A stretch of DNA of 64,000 bases from Octopus sinensis (taxonomy: Eukaryota): NCBI RefSeq assembly GCF_006345805.1, contig NC_042998.1, forward strand, positions 176,948,001 to 177,012,000, written 5' to 3'. Shown here piece by piece: positions 54,216-64,000 of this stretch (its first letter is position 1; the number at the start of each line of letters is the position of its first letter). Made by a program: the position numbers and the translations under genes. A model generated the notes under the pieces. It was given only the letters and a program-made list of their open reading frames with translations. It had not been told where the DNA came from and made no database searches.

Positions 54216-54991
54216 AAGTGTGACACATATATGTACTTTCTGCTTAATCAGAACCAACCAAAATGAAATATGTGCAGCCCCAGACGTTTGGGACTAAGGG
54301 ATTTTAAGAAGCTGTAACAGTGAAGATAATTCTAGCAGCATTCGTGATTGCTGTGAAGACGAGCTAACAAGAGAACCTCAGACATGCTAGAAATAGCAAG
54401 TAAATCTCGAATTCATCTTTAAAATGAATGGCTCATTGAGTTTTTTCCGTTTTCCATTGCTTTTTTTTTTCATAGGATGAAGGGCAGCACCCATGAGGGT
54501 GGTGAGAGGAATTTATCCTTAAACCAGAACAGTAAAGCACCAAACGACGGAAGCCGATAAAAAAAAATGGTGCCAGAAGAAATGCTGTGTCCTTTCTCAT
54601 TAGTGCCTGGATTAAGGGTTGCGGGATTGTGGTGTCACCATTCCCTTTTCCTCCTTTGCTACGTCTATGAACTGGAGAACTAGTCGGAATGCTCGCAGCT
54701 GAGTGTATTCCGTCAGAGACGACCGATCAGGCTTCACCATGGGTTAAAACTCATCATCATCATCATCATCATCATTATCATCATCGCAGTCGTTGTCGTC
54801 GTCATCGTCATCATCATCAGCAACAGCAACAACAACAGTAGCAGCAGCAGCAGCAGCTTATGTGAAGAGTAAGTGATAAAATTTAAATTCATAATATACA
54901 TATTCCAAACTAAAATTAATTCAATATTAATATATGATTAATATTGCTCTTTCCTCGCTACATAATTATCATAATTATAATCATTATCGTA

Positions 54992-55560
54992 GAACGGATT
55001 CAGCTATTGGTCGACTCCATCGTGAAGATTGCTCCGCCGCCTTCCTTCGGTAGGGAAGAGTAGGCAGTTTTTCTCTGTCTGGTGGCTATGGTGAAAGAGG
55101 TTGTGTGGTGGACGCGACTGAAAGTGCTGACGACAGGCATTTTCCTCTTCGGCCAAACCCTCGTCAACTTCTTTAGGTTCCACTTGGAAAGGAAAGTGAA
55201 AGTAGAGAAGGAAGTGCTGTCTCCTAGTAAATATGTTGAAAAGGGCGTAAATGTAGCGAGAATGGCCCGAGTAAATTGGCCTACTGTAATCCTACGTCTG
55301 TAGCCTGAAATTTGCGGAGGAGAGAAAAGCATTTACCATGGTGCACCTGGTGAGTAGAGTGATTCAAAATTAGTGGGATTCTTTAGTTGCCCTTGGGCGG
55401 CACTTACCCTTACTGGGAATTTGATTGTTTGTAATTTTATTGTTACAGTTTTTATCGTTTACGCGTGCTTTATATAAACACCACTGTCACTTGTTTTATA
55501 TCGCAATGTCACATTTTTCTTTGTGTGCGGCTCTTGTGGCCAAAAATAGAAAGAAAAAAA
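54992..55560 (+). mobile_element. L1/Tx1-like retrotransposon 3' end
   Basis: FLCLVAMVKEVVWWTR..NFFRFHL..VNVARMAR resembles a Tx1 ORF2 C-terminus; T-rich 3' UTR and A-rich tail. Confidence 0.5.
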
Positions 55561-55593
55561 TTATTATTATCGTTATTATTATTAAGGCAATGA

Positions 55594-55790
55594 GAAGGCA
55601 GAATCGTTAGCTCGCTGGACAAAATGCTTAGCGGCGTTTCATCTGTCTTACTTTCTGGATTCAAATGCCGCAGGGGTCGGCTTGCCTTTGATCCCTTCAG
55701 AATCCTTTCTAAGAAGTTGAACACTGGGGTGATGTAATACACTTACCTCCACCCCTGAAATTGCTGGCCTTTTTTCAAAATTTGAAACCA
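55594..55790 (+). mobile_element. SINE family B, diverged
   Basis: Head and tail motifs present. Confidence 0.6.
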
Positions 55791-55800
55791 TTATTATTAT

Positions 55801-56739
55801 TTGGGTTTGGTTCAGGTTTGGTCTTATTCCTGGTAGGAATTATGTGGGTAGCGAGTTACTACGTGTAACCTTAAGTATTTACAATTTTTCAGTTGTTTTT
55901 CAAGTGCTTAGAACTTCCTGATATTTCATGCTGTTGGATCTCTACTGTGCATTCTATTTTAATCTCCTTCAGCCATTTGTCTATATCTTGGCTCACTGTT
56001 CCCAACGCACCAATTATTATAGGCACGACCTTTACTGCTCTCATGCTCCAAATTCTTCCTATTTCAAATTTTAAGGGACTGTATTTTTTTTTTTTCTTCC
56101 TCTTTCTTTACGATCCTGGAATCAAATGGGCATAATGGGTCGATTAGTTAGCAACTTCATTTTTTCCTAGCTATAATAATTATGCCCAGTCTATTATTTT
56201 TTAACTTCTTGCATGAAAAGGAAAGTCCCACAAAATCATACATTTCTCCGACTCCAGTTACACCTTCGACTCGATGATTGTACCATGTATTTCCAGCCTC
56301 AAAACTCCATTTCTGGCACAGTTTCCAGTGTAAAAATTTTACAACCTGGTCCTGTCTCCATTTCTTATATTCTTTCTGTGTCAACTTGGGGCATTCTACC
56401 ACAATGTGTGCCACTGTCTCGTTTCGAGTTCCACAAGCTCTACATTTTTCTGACGCATTCTTTCCATATATACATTTTTCTCAAGTTCTTTATTTTCGCT
56501 TCATCTTGGGCTACTACAATTAGGCTCTGTATTTCTTTTTTTAATTGCTCCTTTTTTTAAAAACCAAGCTCAGGATTTAAGGAGTAGCTGCGCAGTAAGC
56601 AGCTTGCTTACCAACCACATGGCCCTGGGTTTAGTCCCACTGCGTGGCACCTTGGGCAAGTGTCTTCTACTATAACCTCAGGCCGACCAAAGCCTTGTGA
56701 GTGGATTTGGTAGACAGAAACTGAAAGAAGCCCGTCGTA

Positions 56740-56775
<36 letters not shown>

Positions 56776-57665
56776 TGTATGTATGTATGTATGTATGTAT
56801 GTGTTTGTTCCACCAACATCGCTTGACAACCGATGCTGGTGTGTTTACGTCCCCGTCACTTAGCGGTTCGGCAAAAAGAGACCGACAGAATAAGTACTAG
56901 GCTTACAAAGAATAAGTCCTGGGGTCGATTTGCTCGACTAAATGGCGGTGCTCCATCATGGCCGCAGTCAAATGACTGAAACAAATGTAAGAATAAAAGA
57001 ATATCTCTTCAATGGCTCTCCAAAACTGGCCATGCAGAAGTTTCTCTTCAATCCCTCTGGCGTGCTCTCTTTGTATTTCATTCTTGTCCTTTTCTCCTAT
57101 TACGCTCCAGGTCACCTGTTCTTTATTCACTGTCTTTAATAGTTTTTTTTTCTGTGCTGCTCTGTAAATAATCTCCTGGGCTTTTTCTTTCCATCTGTAC
57201 ACATTCTTCTACTGATATTAAACCAGCTCCACCCTGGCCTATCCTCAAATACAGCTGGTTGATATCAACTTTCGGATGGTGGGCTCCATACATCGTCAAC
57301 AACTTACAAGTTTTTTCTGTTAAGTTTCTTTAAATCGTTTTTCGTCCAGTCTATAACTCCAACTCCATATTTGATTAAGGGTATTGCTCTTGAATTTATT
57401 ACTTCAATAAGATTTTTTGAATTCAGCTTTGACTGCAATAATTTTCATACTCTCCTTTTGTACACCCTACAGGTAATTTGCTTCATTTATTCATTTCTAT
57501 CTCGTCTGCATCCAGTATTTCCAAGTACTTATACCACTGTCCTTTCTCAACCACTTTCATTGTTTGCCTATTTGGCATTTCAATTCCCTGGCTTTTTTCA
57601 AATCTTCCGCATTTCATTTTCAATATAGCACACTTTTTTAAATCCTAAATTCTATACCTACGTCA
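55801..57665 (-). mobile_element. Dong/R4-like RLE retrotransposon fragment between (TAA)n arrays
   Basis: LLHGQFWR..VAQDEA..AHIVVECPKL..WKLCQKW..VVPIIIGALGTV. Interrupted by SINE A. Confidence 0.85.
56581..57000 (+). mobile_element. SINE family A with internal (TATG)n
   Basis: Near full length; splits the Dong-like ORF. Confidence 0.88.
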
Positions 57666-57686
57666 TTTATTATTATTATTATTATT

Positions 57687-57903
57687 GAGTGAGAGAGCAG
57701 TTCATGCCATCAAAGTGACACTGGGGTAAAATATACGAAGCCCAATATACCCATCATGACTACCCGTCTGATAAGGGTACACCAGGCACATGCATCACAA
57801 CCATATGTGCGCGACATGGTGATCTCATATCAAGATAAACAACAGAAGACCTTGCAGGTGAGGCCCAGTTAGAATTTTCTTCAGGTTGAGTAACCCATCC
57901 CGC

Positions 57904-57904
<1 letters not shown>
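57687..57904 (-). mobile_element. Family X 3' part
   Basis: Duplicate of 57981-58200. Confidence 0.8.
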
Positions 57905-57935
<31 letters not shown>

Positions 57936-57980
57936 AGTAGTAGTAGTAGTTGTTGTTGTTGTTGTAGTAGTAGTAGTATT

Positions 57981-58495
57981 GTGTGAGAGAGCAGTGCATG
58001 CCATCAAAGTGACAACGAGGTAAAATATACGAAGCGCAGTATACCCATCATGACTACCCGTCTGATAAGGGTACACTAGGCACATGCATCACAACCAAAT
58101 GTGCGTGACATGGTGATCTCATATCAAGATAAACAGCGCATGACCCTGCAGGTGGGGCCCAGTTAGAATCTTCTTCTCGTCGAGTAGCCCATCCCACTCA
58201 AAAGGTCCCCGAATAAGGATTGTTTAAGGATGTTGAACGAACCACCCATGTCCTTTCAGCACATGGCTATAATGCTCCCCCACTACTGCTCGTGATCATA
58301 GAATGCACACATCGTCAGCCACTATAGACATGGTCAACTGGTTATGGTCAAACAACTGACAAGCAAATCTGTGGTATTGAGCAGAATATTTGCTGTAGTT
58401 AATCTTTTATACCAAGACAAAACAATGTACATGATAACACTTCCAATCAGTTAAGATCAGGATCCACGAGAGCCAGTCTGGTACTGCATCAGGGC

Positions 58496-58497
<2 letters not shown>
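57981..58497 (-). mobile_element. Family X element, complete
   Basis: Same 5' and 3' ends as 2517-3046; trinucleotide arrays on both sides. Confidence 0.8.
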
Positions 58498-58559
<62 letters not shown>

Positions 58560-58562
<3 letters not shown>

Positions 58563-59100
58563 TAGTTTTATTTTTATAGCGTGCTTTCACTTCACTACCG
58601 AGCGCAGCTCTGTGTGCCTTGGGTATGTGCTGTGATTTGTTGTGATGCTCTGATGGTTATTGTATGGAAAGTGTTCTGCGTAGGATGTGTGCAGTGCCTA
58701 GTAGTGCAATTTTCTGTATGTTATATGTGTTTGTAAGTCCTGGTGTTTTTGTTATGTATTTGTCTGAATATATTTTTATCATGCCTAATGCACCTACTAT
58801 GATAGGAATTGTTTCTGTTTTCAGATTCCACATTCTAGTTACCTCTATTTCCAGGTCTTTGTATTTTGAGAGTTTCTCCATTTCTTTTAGAGACACGTTG
58901 TCATCTGCCGGTATTGATACATCAATTAGAAAGCATTTTTTTCTTCATGATCTCTGACAACTATATCTGGTCTGTTGGCCTTAATTTCTCTATCTGTGTG
59001 TATCGGCATATCCCAGAGTATGGTTGCTTTCTCGTTTCTGTGACCTTTTCTGGTGTGTGCCTATACCATCCTTTTTCTGTTGTTATTCCATATGTTGGCA
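58560..59100 (-). mobile_element. Dong/R4-like 3' end (RLE) between (TAA)n arrays
   Basis: WYRHTPEKV..ILWDMP..NRPDIVV..LIDVSIP..EKLSKYKDL..PIIVGALG..QKIALLGTAHILRR. Confidence 0.92.
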
Positions 59101-61124
59101 TATTATTATTATTATTATTATATTATTTATATTATATATTATCATCATCATTGTTTTTGTTGTTGTGTTGTTGTTGTTGTTGTTATCATTATTATTAACG
59201 CTTTAAATATATAGGCACTAAATTAATAGTTATTATTACAAGCAGCTGGAAATCGTGACCCAGTGTATCTTGCTGTTTCTGAACGCTCTATGCGAAGAAA
59301 TACACATTGTCAAATGTTCATTAAGTGATTTTTTTCCTGCACTAACTCGGCAAATACTGCGGAGTCTATGCTTCGTTAAAGAAGCCTAGATTCAAGACTA
59401 AGACTGAAACATAGTCAAGGTCATCTCCCATTCTATGTCGAAATAAATTAAATAAATAAATAAATAAAACTAGTAGAAATTCTATGGTTATTTTGAAAAC
59501 TATAAGATTGTTGGAAGTTTATAGAAAATGACGAAGTATATAATTTCTTTGCTAATTACCTGAACAGGTGCACAGTGTGTCGTTGAGTAAGTGAAATGGA
59601 ATGTTTTTCTCACGATCACAACGCACCACCTGGCTCAGGAACCGAAACCACCATTTTGCTATCGTGAGCTCAAATACTCTCACCACGCTATTTCACAGCA
59701 GAATAATATTATAGTTAATGTTAGTGAATGACTAATATGTTTCCCTTACGACATTATTAGTTCCAAGTTACTTTCATTTATTATTTAATACTCCTTTGCA
59801 TTAAATATGTTAGTACAAACTTAAACTACCAAAACCCCCCAATAAATAAATAAATAATATTCGATAAATAAATAACCAAAATGACAAAAATATATATAAA
59901 CCAAAGTAACATGGAATCGAAGTACACTAGTTATTGTCTGTGTCGAGAAAAAAAAGTAGAAAGAAAAGTAAGATTGTTCACACGTTTAATAACTGCATTT
60001 ACCCAGATCATCTGGTGTTAAGGAATTCTGCTTGTAGTTATGAAATTTTTATACTTCTTTCATTATAATCTGCCTTAAGACAGTCTTAATATGTCTTCTT
60101 TTCCATTACTCTGAGAAAATGGAAAAGTTGAAACGAAAATATTATTTATTGAAATGATATTATATATTCTTTAATATTTTCACTATTATTTTAATGATGC
60201 TATTATTCTCCGACATATTTCCAGTTTACTGTCATTTTATTTAAGTTTATTTTTCGAAAATCATTGATTGTTAAACATGGACGAGAAAATTATATCCCTG
60301 TCTATGATGTCACGCTCCTTGTGCTATTAAAAGACAGTAAAGCGAAGTTTGTTATCTATATATATTTTAATACAATAGTACATTGTCACCCATATAATAT
60401 TGCATAATGCCATGGGAAGTAACTCAAAAAGAATAAGAAGCAGTTATGGTTGAAGTGGTGGTGGAGATGTTGGCGTCGATAATGGTGAACGGAAGAATAT
60501 TCAGAGAGAGTGAGAGAGAAATGGTGAGAGAGTGGGAGAGAGTGAGAGAGAGAGAGAGTGAGAGAAAAGAAAGAGGCGAAATAGTGTCGTTAATGAAGAG
60601 AAAAAAAAAAGAAAACACAAGAGAGTGAGAGAAAGAGAGAGGGAGGGAGAGAGCGGGGGAAAACGAGAGGGAGAGAGAAAGAAAAACGCGTACGAGAGAA
60701 AAAACATGCGCACGCGCGCACGCGAGACAGAGAGATAGGGTCGAGAGAGAGAGAGGGAGGGAGAGAACACGTGCGTCAGAGAGTTTGAGAGTCAGAGAGA
60801 ACGTGCATGAGAAAGAGAATCGCGTGACAGGGAGGGAAAGTGTGTGTGAGAGAGAGAGAGAGAGAGAGAGCGAGAGAATGCGTGAGAGACAGAGAGAGGG
60901 AGAGAGAGGGAGAGAGAAGCGACTGACCTCCCCTGTTCGAAGGTTATAATGGACACAGGTTCGTGTATCACATAGCTAGCTAGAGGCGATGGCCTCTTGG
61001 AGCTAATCAACGGCAGCATTCATCCTATTTTTCTGGATTGCCATGTTAGCTTGGCGATAACTATTAATATCCAGTACCGCTGCCGTAGTCTCATATAGAG
61101 AGTCTTAGAAATATATATATATAT

Positions 61125-61293
61125 AGGCGCAGAGTGGCTGTGCGGTAAGTAGCTTGCTTACCAACCACATGGTTCCGGGTCCAGTCCCACTGTGTGGCAT
61201 CTTGGGCAAGTGTCTTCTACTCTAGCCTCGAGCCAACCAAAGCCTTGTAGACGGAATTTGGTTGACGGAAACTGAAAGAAGCCCGTCGTATAT

Positions 61294-61360
<67 letters not shown>

Positions 61361-61522
61361 TTGTGTATCTGTGTTTGTCCCCCTAGCATTGCTTGACAAC
61401 CGATGCTGGTGTGTTTATGTCCCCGTCACTTAGCGGTTCGGCAAAAGAAACCGATAAAATAAGTACTAGGTTTACAAAGAATAAGTCCCGGCGTCGATTT
61501 GCTCGACTAAACAAGTAAAAGA
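61125..61522 (+). mobile_element. SINE family A with internal (TA)n(TG)n
   Basis: Head, core and tail motifs present. Confidence 0.85.
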
Positions 61523-61655
61523 GAGAGAGTAAAGATATATACATATCTTGTGACATGTGTATATACATACATATGTATGTATATACACATGTCACAAGGT
61601 AATTGTTCAAATTATAATAATAAAGATAAAAGATTTAAAACTAAGTATGGTATGG

Positions 61656-61711
<56 letters not shown>

Positions 61712-61825
61712 ATAATATATATATAGTTATCAGTAATAATAAAAGGTGAAATTAATTAATTAGGGATAATTATCAATTACACCAAGTAGATTTCAGCATG
61801 TAAAAGCCCCATTCGAGGAAATTTA

Positions 61826-61963
61826 AGTAATACTAAGTAATTAAGGGTTTAGCAACGAATGCCTCACCAACACACCGAATTTAGAGCTATATCTCTTTGA
61901 CTGCTATTTCTAAATTCGTGTGTTGGTGAGGCAATTCGTTGCTAACCCTTAATTACTTAGTAT

Positions 61964-61967
<4 letters not shown>
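61826..61967. repeat. Foldback palindrome (about 60-bp arms) between (TA)n arrays
   Basis: AGTAATACTAAGTAATTAAGGG... mirrors ...CCCTTAATTACTTAGTATTACT. Confidence 0.9.
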
Positions 61968-62008
<41 letters not shown>

Positions 62009-62016
62009 TATATATA

Positions 62017-63310
62017 TTCCTGCTTCATAAGAAGAGTGATAAAAGAAGATTTTAAAAACTACTGCCTCGATAAGCTGTTTACAAAGGTGATTGTCACTAA
62101 GACTATAAAAACACCTCGACGACCAACAGCAGAAATAACGAGCAGGTTTCTGTGAGGATGTTAGGCCACATATTCACTGTAACATGGCTCATAGTACGAG
62201 CGAAAGATAACTAGCTTCCTCTGTGTTTCGCTTTTTTGGATTACGGAAAGGTCTTCGATAGCGTCGAGGTGAAAGCAGTGTTGAAATCTCTGGGAATGGA
62301 ACGTGTCGAGGCGCAATACATCAAAGTGTGCAGAGATACGGACTCTGAATGCGCAACAGATATAGCTCTGTCAGGGTCCCAACTGAGAGGAGTGTCAAGC
62401 AAGAAGATACAATTTCTCCAAAGCTCTTTACCATTTACAATTTACAAAGCTCTTTACAATTTCTCCAAAGCTCTATATCTAGAAATGGTCGTCAGGGAAA
62501 TCGAGTGGGCACGAACATTTGATTGTGAACATCAATGCTGAACAACTAACACTCTTCGGCTTCGAAGATGGCATTGTACTCATCTCTGAAACTATAGATC
62601 AGCTGCAGCTCATGCTGAGAGCTGAATGCTCAGAGCTTAGCAGTAGGTCTTAAAATGAACCACATGGAAATACGATATATGCAGTCGGAAGATGTAGCCG
62701 AAGGCCGGATAGAGGTGAAAAGCGATGATATCGAGATGGTAAAGGAGTACTTCTACTTAGGGCGCACAATGAATTTGCGACGAGATGTGGATGCTGAAAT
62801 CTCAAAGAGAATAGGGGCAGGATGAAAGGCAGTTAACTCAATAAAGGATGTACTCCAAACAAAGCTAGACAATGCCAAATGTGCCAAACTCTTCAACAGC
62901 ATCTTCCTACCTGTGTTCTTATATTCAGGTGAGATGTAGGGTAGTACAAATAGAATAAAATGTCGATTGGCTACGACGCAAAGAGCAAAGGAAAGATCAA
63001 TGCTAGGAATATCACTGAGAGCACATTTGAAATGAGATAATTCGAGAACGGAGTGGAGTGAACGGTGTGATGGCAGAGTACCGTAAGCACAAGATCCACT
63101 GGGCCGGATATGGCGCAAGGCTCAGAGACAACAGGTGGAGCCGTGCAGTTACCGAGTGATATGTAAAAATTCAGAAAAAACCTCTTGGAAGGCCCCACCC
63201 CACGACGGTGGGAAGACGATTTAGTCAACCAATTTCAGTTAAGATGGAAAAGAATGATGCAATCAAGACATACATGGAAGCGCATTGTAATCAGTGGTGT
63301 ATAACAGCAT
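62017..63310 (+). mobile_element. Decayed RTE-clade LINE (RT domain to 3' end)
   Basis: KLFTKVI, FLDYGKVFDSV, RGVKQEDTISPKLF, EYFYLG and TQRAKERSMLGISLR motifs, with stops and frameshifts. Confidence 0.85.
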
Positions 63311-63466
63311 TTGATAGTGTGATATTGATATATATATATATTATTCATTTTGTCTTCTGCCGGTTATTAGATTGCAGCCATACGGTGGCGCCGCCTTTAG
63401 GAGATTAGGACAGCATATCGATTCCAGTAATTGCTTTTAAGTAGCATAAACACACTATATACACAC

Positions 63467-63527
<61 letters not shown>

Positions 63528-64000
63528 TGGAGAGAAAGAGAGAGAGAGAAAGAGAGGGAGAAAGAGAGACAGACAAAGAAAAGGGATGGGTAAAAACGAT
63601 GGGCTTCAATACTGTCATCAAATTTCGCTCAAGACATTAATCACTTCGAGGCTAGTAGAAGACATTTGTCTATAGTTTTACGTAGTGCAATCAAACGCGG
63701 AACCATATGGCTACAAAGCGAAATTGTTAACCATACAGCCTTGCCTGCACCAATGTTACTGATATGTCTTTTTAGATTCACACCTCAGTGAAGCGACTTG
63801 TTATACTTCGTACACCGAGACTGTGTATTCAAGTTTATCCATGTCAAATTTTCAATGATATGAAAATAAGGATGGAAAGCAGCTGTTTAATTTTTCTTAA
63901 AAGTTTACCAGCGTAATCGAACAGTAGACGAATTATATTGTAGAAAGATTATATCTTAGATTTCATCTCTTAGTTAAAATTGTTTACTTCTTGAAGTAAA

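Overview
AT-rich, microsatellite-saturated animal DNA. It is most likely from a coleoid cephalopod (octopus-like); this is an inference from the 5S-type sequence, the SINE repertoire and the simple-repeat density. Almost every long ORF in the track is a simple-repeat artefact or a transposon remnant. Supportable content: a 5S rRNA pseudogene; a full-length but frameshifted mariner; several MITEs (mariner, hAT and Merlin-like); Helitron-like non-autonomous elements; CR1, RTE, Tx1-like and R4/Dong-like non-LTR retrotransposon fragments; at least four tRNA-headed SINE families; and two candidate minus-strand exons (49511-49679 and 5278-5310) that may belong to one large host gene. The main pattern is that mobile elements sort by microsatellite type. 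R4/Dong-like fragments and a fixed-length non-coding element lie in (TAA)n, (GAT)n or (CATA)n arrays. RTE-like elements with triple C2H2 fingers end in (ATGT)n tails. Short (TA)n-embedded elements carry minimal hammerhead-like motifs or form foldbacks. Family names come from motif recognition by eye, not database searches.
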